DNA of 64,000 bases from Perkinsus chesapeaki ATCC PRA-425. Lineage: Eukaryota > Protista > Perkinsozoa. A program made the translations under genes and the position numbers. The stretch spans positions 1-64,000 of the forward strand of contig JAAPAO010000053.1 of NCBI GenBank assembly GCA_013115145.1, read 5' to 3'. Under the pieces are notes generated by a model. It searched no databases, was not told the DNA's origin, and worked only from the letters and a program-made list of their open reading frames with translations. Shown one piece after another: positions 47,901-59,897 of this stretch (positions are counted from its first letter, which is position 1; every line of letters starts with the position of its first letter).

Positions 47901-50078
47901 GGAAGGCTCTCTGGGGTCATCAAGCAGGAATCATCAGCGATTGAAAAGAGGGGAGAGGAGCAGTTCTCTCAGCAGAAGACTACCCTTGATAAGCTAGCCA
48001 ACGAGCTCCACCAGCAAAGCGCCGAAAGCGAAAAGGTTCAGAATCTCGCCAAGAAGGAAGCTGAGACTTTCACGGCCGACTCTAACCGTTTCAAGGAGCG
48101 CATGGACACAGCTAAGTCGACCTTGACCGACGAAAGCAAGAAGCAATTCGAGGAGTTGAGGAAGCTGAAGAACGGCGTTGAGACGTGGTATAATAAAGCA
48201 GGGGAGGACCTGAGCAAGAGCCAGCAAGTCTTACACAAAGGCATGACAGAAATACCTAAGGCTACCGCAAAGAAGCAGAACCAGATGAAGGAGGAGATGA
48301 ACAGGGTAGAGAGGAGTACCCAAGGCACAGTGACCCAGTTCGCTGGAAACCTAAACGAGTTGAGAAGCTCCATGAACAAGCGACGAGATGAGCACAACGC
48401 TAGGCGCCTGAAGGCGGTCTCTGGAATCCATGAGGGTATGGTCATGAGCGAGACCGGATTGCTGGAGAACCTTGTTGCATCTCAACTCACGTCAGCCGAT
48501 GGGACAAAGCGAATGAGCGCGGTAAGATACGGTTGCTTTCACGGCTGTGAGAGCCGAGTTGGTGAGAGTTCGCCGTCTTCTTCTGTGTAGATGCTTGCCG
48601 CTTTGGCGAATAGCGTCGGTGCGATCAAGTCTGAGGGCGGATCTGAACTGCACAATATTATGAATGAGGTCCTCCAGCTGGGCACCAACACCGGCGGTCT
48701 CTACCGTAACCTTCAAACTGGCCTCTCCAAGGGAATGGCTGACCTCGACCATGAGAGAATGGTGGATGCAATGCAGAGCGAAGATGCCATTCGAGGTAGA
48801 TAGGATAAGTTGTGTTAGAGAATCACAGCATACTTCAGGCTATGCCCTGATGGACGGCCGCAGACTCAGTGGAATCGGTAACCAAATTTCTTCAATGCTC
48901 TCCGACTTCCACAAGGATTCCTCCGCGGCCAACTTAGCTCTTGCCGGCGATAAGAAGGTAGATATCATCTAGCTTCAATTATGTATATAGCATAATGGCT
49001 TTAGGACGTTTACTCTTTGAGCAATCTTGTGCAAGGCATGGGCGCCGACAGTAAGCTAAAGCTCAATGACGCGCTCCACAGAATTGAGTAGTCTCTCTTC
49101 GATCTCGGATGTCTCAAGGAGTTTACCGCTAGGTCCGGCGAGACTACGATGCTCCAAGAGATCAACAATAACGTTGGCGTCGACTTGAAGAAGATCACTG
49201 CTGTCAAGGACCTTGTGCAGGCCTTGTTGCGCCCCATCGAGTCCTTCCGAGCCCGCGCCCGGCTAGGCTTCGACGAGGTGAGAATTCCGCGCCACAGTGC
49301 GGCGAAGCCTCGTCCGTTCATAGATCCACTCTAAGATCGAAAGTATCAGCGCATCCCTCAACGGACAGCTCCGAAGGGTGGGTTCGCAGTTGTCGGTTTA
49401 CTTGTTTGCTAAACAACCCATCTAGGCCGACGTGAAGATGGTACTTATGTCCCACCAAGCGAAGCAGGCCCTCGAGAAGGCCCAGCGCAAGCAGGAAGTC
49501 CTTGAGAAGACGATGGAGGACACTGGTAAGGATGTGGCTTTGGAATGGGAATTGTGGTTTATGTTGTTGGTTCAGGCAAGAAACTGAAGAGAGAGTTGCA
49601 CAACATCCAGGAGGAGCACACCGAGATGCGGAAGCGACAGGAGGATGAGTTCTACGAGTTGAAGAATGAAGTGGTCGAGAAGACACACGAGATGCTTGAT
49701 AAGCAGAGAAACATGACCGCTGAGATTAGTGAAATGCAGAAGAAAGAGGATAGCTTCATGGAGGCCAAGCTGAGGGTAAAATCTCGCCCCACTGTTCTGT
49801 CTCCGGTGATGACCATGTGACATTTTCAGGAAGTCACCAATATTATGCGTAACGGCAAGCCTGCGAATCACACCCTCAAGGGTCTTGGCGTCAGCATTAA
49901 GGACGTCGCCGGTAAGAGAAAATATCAACATTGGAAATCACAAACGCTTTCTGGTTCAGAATCACCAGATGCGGCTGATAGCGGCTGGTGGGCGAGCTTC
50001 CTATCTCGTGGCAGTCCGATTAAGCATAACGATAAAGCACACCTTGTCAATGCGAGGAAGCATGACTTCAGTGTGTGA
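44918..50078 (+). CDS. Very large coiled-coil protein, multi-exon, possibly secreted or surface-associated
   Basis: About 5 kb of E/K/Q/A-rich heptad exons (for example the 391-aa and 264-aa ORFs) and a weakly hydrophobic N-terminus. Start approximate. Confidence 0.8.
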
Positions 50079-50167
50079 ACCAGCCTCATCACTATGTGAT
50101 CATGTTGTTAATCTATTATTATGCCAATGTTGTATTTTATATGTCAATCAATAAACCCATTACATAA

Positions 50168-51379
50168 CTAAACACCACCACAGCAAACAGAAACAACTTT
50201 ACACAACCATGTGTCGACGTTTGCAACCCGCGTACGGGTAACTTCTCCCCCATAGGGATCACAGCCAAGCACCTCAACGTCCTCTGGGCTGCCCACGGCC
50301 ACAACGCCAGTAGAACCGTCAACGTCTAGGAAGTGTTTGATGGATTCTACGAGCTTTTCACTTCTAGTCAACCGAAGCCCGAAAGGCGGGTTGGTTATCA
50401 GAGCTACTGGAGAGCCACTGTAAAGCTGCGAGAGCTTTACCCAATCAAACGCTTGCAAAGGGACGCTGCTGATATCGCAAAGTCTAATTAGTGGATCCAA
50501 GTTGGAAGCGGCAACTTGTATCATTCGTGGGTCCTTGTCAAATCCAGCGATGAACTCGTGATGATGTGGCGAGATTTTAGAGTCTTCCTGTTCTATTGTG
50601 TGCCGCCATTCCTCCTCGTCAAAGCCAGTTCCCACAGTGCAGCTTGAGAACGCCTCTGATGCCTGCCGAAGGTGACGCTGCTCGAAGTGGCGATAGTAAG
50701 AGTTGAAGTACTGTGCTGGCACGTTGCAGCGTCGCATCAGATATTCCAGAATAATGGTGCCGCTGCCACAGAAGGGATCGATCACCGGAACTTGGCCAGC
50801 AGCTTCGTCGGGGACCATCGATACCATGGCGGCAGCTAATGTCTCGTTCATTGGAGCTACGCCTTGCTTCTTGCGCAGCCCTCTGATGTGGAGACTGGTG
50901 TGACCATCACCGGCGTAAACCCGGAAGGTATGGTCCTTCTCGGCGACCAACAGCAAGCGGACCTGGTAGTCGTCCCACGCGAATGTAGCGCCATACCGAT
51001 CAGCTAGGAAGGTCTTCCAGCGTGCCAGCAGAGCTTCACTCAAGTCATCAACTCTGGCAGGATTTCGAATGAAGGCGGCGACCGTGTTCCTTGCCAGCGC
51101 CTTGGGATAGTCTACTTGTGTCAGAAACGAAAACAACCTGTCTTCGCTCATAGATGTATGATTGACATCAAGGTTGCCGATCTCGCGCCACAGGTGTGTG
51201 ACGAATCGCGAAGTGTAATGAAGTCGATAGACGTCGGTCGGCAGGAGAGGCCCGGAGACAGAAACAGCGCAGGGGAAAGGCCTCTCTGTGATAACCGACC
51301 TGGACTGCCCTAGAATCATACGGACCTCCCTCTCGAGGATGGATTCAAGACCAGAAATGCACCGCAACAATAAACGCAT
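50168..51379 (-). CDS. RlmL/THUMP-type (UPF0020) RNA guanine-N2 methyltransferase, intronless
   Basis: N-terminal CISGLESILEREV, RGLRK...PMNETLAAAMV, SAM motif IDPFCGSGTIILE, AGFDKD and the NPPFG motif. Confidence 0.9.
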   Translation of the reverse strand: MRLLLRCISGLESILEREVRMILGQSRSVITERPFPCAVSVSGPLLPTDVYRLHYTSRFVTHLWREIGNLDVNHTSMSEDRLFSFLTQVDYPKALARNTVAAFIRNPARVDDLSEALLARWKTFLADRYGATFAWDDYQVRLLLVAEKDHTFRVYAGDGHTSLHIRGLRKKQGVAPMNETLAAAMVSMVPDEAAGQVPVIDPFCGSGTIILEYLMRRCNVPAQYFNSYYRHFEQRHLRQASEAFSSCTVGTGFDEEEWRHTIEQEDSKISPHHHEFIAGFDKDPRMIQVAASNLDPLIRLCDISSVPLQAFDWVKLSQLYSGSPVALITNPPFGLRLTRSEKLVESIKHFLDVDGSTGVVAVGSPEDVEVLGCDPYGGEVTRTRVANVDTWLCKVVSVCCGGV

Positions 51380-51527
51380 ACCGTAAACTGCAGACACCCG
51401 ATTAACAAAATGAACACAACAAAGGTAGAAGTGATGAACATCACCTGTTGTAAATATAGTATCACCGAACCGCCGATGAAGTGGCTGGACAACAAGAGCA
51501 AAGCACAAATGGAAGCAAGCAATGTCG

Positions 51528-53619
51528 TCACTTCTGAGTGTAACAATGGGGCTCAGCGAGACTATGAGGAGTGGCTTGGAAAACATCGTTTTCGAGATCC
51601 TGGGGAGGGATTTCTCGCGCGCCACGAAACTAAGGACATCATCTACCTGGCTTTGTATCCGATCCACTCTAGTCTCGGTTTCCTTCGAGAGTTTGCCATG
51701 GTACGTGTGATGGAAGAAGTTGAGCGAGAAAACGCAAAGTAGACCTGATGGCACCGAACTGTAGCCATGGAAAAGGGTCATCTTACCGCAGCAGTGGACA
51801 AGTCCAGTGACGATGAAGTTGAATCGATAACCCCAATGGTCAACCAGTAGGCCACCGATAGCTGCTGAACCCGACCATGAGAACATACGAACCTAGAGGA
51901 GCATACGACAGATTGAAAAGACGATTTGAAATGGAAAATAGGAAACTGGCAACTATTCAATTGATGGTTAAATTGTTGATTTTTGATCGAAACGAGATGG
52001 TATGGGAGTGTTACTAAAAAGTATTGTATTTCGAGCTTTAGATATGTTCTTAAACGTTCAAGAATGTACGATGCGACTGCCTCCTTACCATATCAACTGC
52101 ATTAACTTTTCCCCTGTCCTTTCTCGGCGTGTGGTCCATAAGCATTGCTCGAAATACTGGGCGAGAACAATTCATAAATGCCATTCGGATAACGTACAAT
52201 ACAAGAAGAATTTGTATAGGTCTCACCACCACCTGAAGACACTCTACGCCCCAGTGCATTCGATGCCGTTCGCTTACCATAGCCCATAGCAGCGAAACTG
52301 CAATGAGTCGAATGGTCACAACCACTTTCACGGTGCCGAAGCGCGTGGCAAGCTCATTGGTAACGGTGTAGGTCATAAACGCTACTGTTCTGAAAAGGGC
52401 GAAATCCCATACGTTGTAATGAGGAGGCGGCTTCCTACAGTGTCGTCACCACATTGAGGATGGCCAGCGTCCGAGGATCGACACCGTAGTCGTTCTTGAA
52501 CCAAAGCTGGAAGTACTGGACAGACATGCCGGAGCCCAGCGCTGTAATGACGTCCTGGCCGAGAATGGCACAGACGATGCAAATCGAATTGGTGTAGGAG
52601 CGGATCATCTGCAAACAAGCCGCATGGCTGTGACGTGACGCGACGTTGGCGAACCTTCTTCTTGTGCGTGAAGGGTATTGTGATCTCCACCAGCTCATTC
52701 GGGTTGTCCTCGCAAACAGCTTTGGTCGCCACGGCAGCGGTGCCCTTATTCCCCTCATCACGGAAGAACATATCCGCCACCATGCCAAATATCGCACACG
52801 ATGAGCCGAAAAGGAGAACCTAAGAGAACACCTACACGTCCCATCAGCTGCATACTCTCTGGCACTTCTGAGTGTCTTGGATTTTCGAGAATGTTAACGT
52901 AAGCACAATTTTCTATAACCGAGCTCTCACCTTTTTCAGGCATGGCAGTGTCCATGTGTTTCCCGCGACCGACAGAATTATAGCGTTCAAAATTGGACCG
53001 CTGGCAGTCGCCAACTGGGCAAGCGTCCACCTGAGGAGACCTTAGATAGCAGCCAAGACGATAGCAGCACCAACCTCAGGGACTCGAGAGGCGCTCGGTT
53101 GCCAGTCGACATACCATCAGCGATAAGAGTGCTCAACGTGGTTTCAGAGAAGGCCGTGAAGGTGCCCCAAAGAACGTATGATGGATAGGCGATCCACAGC
53201 TTATCAGTGAGAAACAACGCAAAGTTCATACCGATATTGAAGATACCCAGGAAGCCTAAGGCCCGCATCAAAGCTGGCTTAGAGATGTTGTCGGCCACTA
53301 TACCGGCGATTGGGGCACACGCCAAACAAGTAAGACCCTGCACGGAGGAGAACACACCGACCATAGTGTTAGAGCCTCCCGTGATCGTATAGAGGTAACC
53401 CAGCATAGGGATGCCCGTCCAGATGGATTGACTGAACTTGATGAGGAACGTGACCAGAAAGCCAAGCTTGACATTGTAGGATGCGCCGAGGAAGCTCCGC
53501 CAAAGGAACACTATCGGCTTGGTCTCCTTCTTCGCTCTGCCGCTCCTGCTCCTCGATAGATGATTAGCCCGGTTGGTGGTGGGCAGGAGGCTCTCTCTGA
53601 GGTTGCGACGATCAGGCAT
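51528..53619 (-). CDS. MFS transporter, multi-exon
   Basis: Twelve-TM-like hydrophobic exons, APIAGIVADNISK (motif A-like), RTMLMDHTPRKDRGKVNAV-like loop, and SAAIGGLLVDHWGYRFNF. Stop placed assuming a 47-nt terminal intron. Confidence 0.9.
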
Positions 53620-53690
53620 CTCGAATGGCAGGCAAACTGCAACGGTGAAAATGAGATCCAGAAATCAACAGAGATACGGTAAAAAGGGAA

Positions 53691-55650
53691 TCATGAGTCG
53701 GTAAAGCTGAGCCTGTCGGTAACTCTAAAACACAAACTTTCATCATCTTCACCAAGGCATTCACAACCGACCAACCCTTGCGCCACAGCAGCGTCGACTT
53801 TGCCTCGAATCGGCCCAGCGCTCTGAGATCGACCGTCTGAAAGCCGGAAGCCGATCGCTTACGGAATCGTCCAGCCTTCGTTCCCGCCAAGTCCAATCTC
53901 TCATAACATCTGTAGTGCCGAAACGGTGAAACAGACGAGTTTCAACAAGGCGTACGACAACACCATCAACACGCAATAGGAAGGAGGCCAATACGTACCT
54001 ATGAAGAAGAGCAGGCTGAAAATGGCTAAGTGAACAACGTCTACCAGAATGTCGGCATCACCCGTACTCTAATAATATATTTACACCATCCATTGTCGGC
54101 TAGCTCATCCTCCCACAGGCATACCTAACAACACAATCGCACTGTGGAATGTACCTTAGTAACTGCTGCTGCTGATGCTGCTGTTATAACAGTGTAGAAT
54201 CTCTGGCGTGCAACAGCGCAACTAATGTTGAGATCTCCATAAATCACCTTCTACCCCGATTCTATCGTACAGTTCATAGTAACTCCATTTCACACATCCA
54301 CAACTCCGCTCCATCGCCAGCAGTAGGATGGCCCCCCCAGTTCAACCTACCTGGGAGAACCATCGGATAGGTTGGCTCCTGTCCGTTAGCTCTTCAAACG
54401 GCAGACATCCAGATGGATCGCTAATTTCATGGACCTTCCACGGCCCCTCCAGTGTTCCAGCGTAGGCTGTAGTATAGGTCCAATCTGCCTTGGGCAGCTG
54501 CGGGTTATTATTGTTGTTAGTAGGGCTCATCGCAACAACAACATGCACATCGGGGTTGCTAGTGTCAGGATGCCAGTTCTGTGCTGCTGCCACGCGGACT
54601 TGACAGGGACTAAAACAAAGTACCATCAGATGCCCTCCCATCTCTGCCATTTACGTGGACGAGTATGAAGGGAAAGCGAGGCCGCGGCGAAGTCAAATAT
54701 ACTACTCGAAATTATACCCGAAATCAAACGTAGAAAACGGCTTGCATCTGCCAAAGTAACTCAGCCGTTGTGTAACCTATCCTAGCTAATTATAATATTA
54801 GCCCACTGCTCGTATTGGTACGGAGAGCGGTTCTACTACTACACTACCATGTCCTGCTGCTGCTGTCGGCCAGGTCCTTCCATACACCCGCTGGTACTCT
54901 AGCCAGCAGTCCATCCTCCGCTGCCGGTATCCCCTCATGCCATTCAACCACACCTGCTAGAGCCTCGTATACATCAAACGATATGGAGACTCCGGCCAAG
55001 GGGTGAGAGATCATCAAATGGGCACCTGAGAAAGGCTCAAGCACTACCGAAGCCTCTGACCGCTCTAAGAAGACGACTCTGCTATGATATACATCGACCC
55101 CTCAAGGCTATAGCTTCCACAACTACGTCCTACGAAACTACACTGCACTTATCAGTGTTGGGATGAAAGCATGCGGCCGCCTACGTACGTCAGTACAGGA
55201 AAGTTTCCAGGGAGTTCCAACCGACTTTTCTGTTACTTAGCAATGGAAAGCATATCAGATGTACGCCTGCACTCCCACAAACGTATGTCACGGGGCCGTG
55301 GGAAAGCACTCACGCCGAACAGGAATGATGGAATATTCTACACTCCGAAGAAGAGCAGGACTGGAGCGCCACTGTGTGAAGTGAGATGGTGCCGCCCCAT
55401 AGAAGAGGCCTCACAATGAACTCAAATCAACACAACCTGTCCGGTTCTCACTAACCGCTCGGCCGCCGAAGATCACAAATTCCGCAGCTCCTACCGGCCC
55501 ATTATCACTACCAGAAAATATCATATCCGGGATCCATCTCCTATGTGACGGCAGCCTCCTTTCGATCCCATCTCGCTCCTTTGCATCAGCTATAGCAGCC
55601 GCAGGATCGGAGGAGTCAAAGCTCCACCCTTCCGCCGAGAACTTGGACAT
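53691..55650 (-). CDS. TIPRL: TIP41-like PP2A regulator
   Basis: IPDMIFSGAHLMISH...ISFDVYEAL, DWTYTTAYAGTL, PIRWFSQV and FLLRVDGVVVRLVETRLFH...RDWTWRE align with TIP41 conserved blocks. Confidence 0.88.
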
Positions 55651-55798
55651 TCAGATAGGGACTCTAGGGACTCCTCAGTAGGGACACTTCAACACAACAC
55701 GCAGGTGCTTCCACAACTCACACTTTCATACTAGCATAACCAATTAGTAGGAACACCCTCAGGTATACCACCACCATGCTCCTCCACTAATCCATTTC

Positions 55799-58716
55799 CT
55801 ATCCCCGACCACTAGCCTCTCCGGCCTGGAGCTTCGCAATCATCGACGGGGCTCTCTGATGGAAGTGGAAGTACTGCACCCCTCCTATTTGCCGATGCTT
55901 CGACTTATCTCGACTCATTATGTACCTTCCCAATACAACAATACGTCAGTTCGGCAGGAGGGGAAACCGTTACATTCCCCATGCTATGTAGAGTGCTCCA
56001 CATATTATCAAACCAGCCCCGAGCATTCTGTTGCGGCCACCTTGCCAGTTAGCCGTAGACAATACCAACGACCTGATAAGATATCACCAACAGGAAGAAC
56101 CAGACCGAATCCTGATTCGCAGAACAGGTCACTTCATCATAACTGAGATCTAACCGGCGACTCTTCACCAAATGAAAATAAATTGTTGTCGGAATTACTG
56201 TCAACAAGTTGAACGCTTCTATTCAGCTCTATAATCTAGGAAATAGAAAGCCCGACATTCCCCAACAAACCACACAATGTTCGCCCACTCACTTAGAGCC
56301 TCCAAAGGAAAGAGCATCCCACGTGCTCTCTATATACACTGTCACCTCATCCCCAGGCTCCAAGGTTTCATCAATAACACCCCAAAGCTTCTGGAAGTTC
56401 GGGACCAGCGGTGTCACTAACAAGCCAAGCACCCAGGTTCAAATCCCGGCCCCTCCATATATTATACCCATCCAGTTCTTGAAGTGCGAGTTCTCCAGTC
56501 CCCAGCCAGCCGGATTCTTCTTTGCGGTGTGATTTGCCAACGACGAGCAAGGCGGATCGAAGTTACAGGTGGGTGGCTCTAAGAAAGGTCACCCCCATCG
56601 GTAAAGCGTCTCAATCATTTTTCAGAATATCTTTCCTTTCTCGGATTCCACAAAATCTAAGGACTCAGCTAGGGATGACGAGCGGGAATAATTCCCTTCA
56701 GAAAGTTTTTGCTATATCATCAACACCACTAAGAGACAAGAACGAGCCCCCTAGTACTACCAGCCGTGAAATTGCAGTCAGCGATCTGGACCGTGTTGCC
56801 GTTCAAGTCCGTTATGCTCGTACCTGCCAAGAGACACGTTGATTGCATTTTTGGGGCGTACATTGCTTTTTCTATTGGTAATATTAACATAAAGGCGTAC
56901 ATTGCTTTTTCTATTAAGACCCCCTCCCCAGTACTACGTGCAACCTTAGTCGGTATAGGAACCGTAGTGACGTTAGCCGGCACGCACACTTGTGGCGGGA
57001 ATTCATCCAGCAACCAGAAGGAATGCGTTCTGAACAGAACTGCCGCCGTTTGAAGCTCATGCTATTATTACTTGTAGAACGACGAGCCCTGCACCAGATC
57101 TGCCAGCTCCGGATTGTTTGTCACTATGGAAGGCTTGGAGCTAATCCGACCGCTCGACTGCTTTACCACTAACAATCGCAGTTACGGATTTCCCATCCCG
57201 AAGCACTACCAAGCTCGGTGGCATTTCCCTCCGAGTTCTTCACAGAAAAGTAGTACTTGTCATTGAACACCGAACGCGCGATAAGGCCGCACGGATAGAG
57301 GCTAACGGGAAGCCCATATTTAATGGCGGTAAACCAACGCCTACACTCTGGAGTCGACATCACCGAACTTGGCCGGCTCATCATCAGCGGTGATCCAATC
57401 ACTACATGCATCTAGATCGTCCTTCAACATACTAGTGCCGGATTTAAGCTGGTCTCTATCCAGTGAGGTAATGTACCTTATATTTAAAAATATAACAATA
57501 AATGGACCAACGGGGCTATGATAGCCCGGCTATCACACCGACGGTGTGATACCGTACCATTGCCATAGATAGCTATTCTATATCTACTATTACTACATTA
57601 CAGTATTATCTACTCCAGTGAAGCAGCAGCACCACCAGTTGGGTTGGGGCGGCTGCTTCCGCATGACATATTTTGGCCCTTCCAAGCTAGAGCAGCAGCA
57701 GTAGGAATTTTTAAAGTATTAAACACTTTTTTCCACCTATGCGAATGCAGCCCCCTCCTTGCCCCAATAGCCTACTCCCTATGGTTCTGGTAGACCTTCT
57801 CCAGCCTGTAGTAGACATATACAGGTTTCTTCATTTCCTTCTGTATTAATGTTCGCATAGTAACCACACCATTAACATCTCCCGGTATAGAGGTATAGTC
57901 CAGCTCTATCTCTCGTACAGCACTAACAGCCAGATCTCAGCCAGCTGCTACGTACAAAGCAGCTTACTTTGCCGATATAAGGAGGGCTAAGCCGTAGAGA
58001 ACGCAAAAGCCACCAAATACGAATACGCAACAGGCCGCCCTAGCAACTGTCAGGATCGGTACTGTGCCAGGCAGGGTCTGCTGTAGGACCTGAGACGGAG
58101 TGCCAAATACGGGAAGGAGTGTCATTGAGTATCATCGAACATGTGCCTTAAAAACTACCTACGACTATAGGGATACGTCGCTTCAAGACGTAAATTAGCA
58201 AATTTGAGGCCTGCTAGTATGTAAAGTACCACGTGGTAAGGAGGGAGCACATAAGCCATATAGCTGATCGGAATACATATGAACATATCATTTGCAGTCA
58301 GCTACAAGTAAAGACTACACCACACTTCGAAATGTACGAAAATAGCACCGGAAAAAATTTGGCAAATTTTTGGGTAGCAGAAACTTTACTATTTGGTGGA
58401 ATAGTTAAACATTGGATGGGAAAGGTTTACTAATTATCTCATAGTGGACTTGTTCCGAAGATGAACGTACGTCGTGCTTCGCCTTCTTCCAACAAGACTG
58501 TCGGATGCTTTTCGCCTCACTGTACACTTTGTCCTCCTCAGGGTCCACCGCAGGTATATCATTTGACGGCAGTTCGGGGTCCTCAGACGATTGCGAGACA
58601 CCCCAGAGATTGGCCTTCGGCAGCATATGCCTCCGGCCACGGCTCGAGGAAGAAGAAGCTTCATGGTGCCCAACTAGGGCTGCGTGAGAAGCCCGTCGAT
58701 GAGGGCCTTCGGACAT
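55799..58716 (-). CDS. CDC50: LEM3/CDC50 family P4-ATPase flippase beta subunit
   Basis: QQTLPGTVPILT, KPVYVYYRLEKVYQNHREY, YPCGLIARSVFND, ENSHFKNWM, PNFQKLWG and LSTANWQGGRNRMLG. Confidence 0.93.
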
Positions 58717-59021
58717 GAGATGGAATAATCGATCTAGCTTGGGAGGAGGAGACGTCCTTCATGCCAAAGTGCGCAATTGAAACCGCGCGCGCCACAAAAT
58801 TATGCAATCCCACTGAAGTTTCCAACACATACGCTGGCCCAGCGTCGCCGGGTGTCGAAGGCTCACAAACATCTTTGCCATGGACCGACACAAGATCTGT
58901 CCCCATCACAGTCGTCGATCGAAGACATGGCATGTGAAAGCACTCACATAATGCAACACCGCAGAATATCAGTAGAAACGTTTACGTTGTTGTAGTAATC
59001 GACAACAATGAGGACAACAGG

Positions 59022-59757
59022 CTACAGGCGTTTCTTCTTAATCGACCTATTAGCAGCTCTCCGTTTCGGCCGGGATGCCTCCGCCACGGGGCGTTTGGCA
59101 GGCGTTGCCTTTTTGGTGGATTTCTTTGCCGCCTTGGTCGGTGAGGCCGGCTTCGGCTCCTCCGGTGTTTCCTTCTCAACCTGGTCGGTGATAATACAAG
59201 AAGCTGACAGCAAGGGCAGCCTACCGCTTCCATCACCTCTGGTGGATCCGCAACTGCCTCCTCCTCTTCGATCACAGGAGCGTTCCTTGCTGGGCTACTA
59301 TTAGGCCCACCGTTCTTGTACAGTGTAAAGGCGACGTTCTGCCACTTGTCACGCTGAAAGAACACTCGATGTTGCCAGTACGTATCCCTTGTCTTTCCTA
59401 TTCGAACAATTCTAGCATAGCTCTTAAAACAAGCGGGCTCACACTACGCAGGTGGTGCTACGCTTTGCCACTTACCATTTGATTAGCCTCGGTCACTGAC
59501 TGGTCACAGGCCGGAGAGGCGAAGACATCCTCAAGAAGACCATGGGTGAGGCAAGAGACCGGCGATTGCTGCCGTTCCCTTTCGATGTCCTCACCGAACA
59601 CCTCAGCCAGCGACACGGGCTTCACTGGCTCCACTTTACGCGACGGCATAGGGATGGTCTCGATGTCGTCCATTGGCGTGAGAACCCGCTGAAGAGCTTG
59701 GAACCGAGGCGCCACGAATCCAGGCGACTGTCGCATCATATCCACTCGGGACAACAT
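59022..59757 (-). CDS. Hypothetical protein with Lys/Ala/Pro-rich (H1-tail-like) C-terminus
   Basis: Three coding-like exons ending in PASPTKAAKKSTKKATPAKRPVAEASRPKRRAANRSIKKKRL-stop. Confidence 0.55.
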
Positions 59758-59897
59758 CGTCAAACCGGATGGCGGCTGGAGGCTCAGCTGAGCAGTAGAA
59801 ACCTGAGAAGACAAAAAGGGTTCAAAAAGTCCAGGCTCCTATCCACGGAACCATGTCGCCGAAAGGTTGCGAGATTGGCTCGAACCCTCGAAGATTA

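Noticed and set aside
51410-51742. Plus-strand 110-aa ORF
   Set aside because: It is antisense to the MFS 3' end and spacer, with no recognisable motif.
54560-54960. Two TIP41 segments that each resemble the LKVACAEEW block (LARVPAGVW and QVRVAAAQNW), suggesting mutually exclusive exons
   Set aside because: Similarity is weak and I could not resolve the splice model by eye; RNA-seq is needed.
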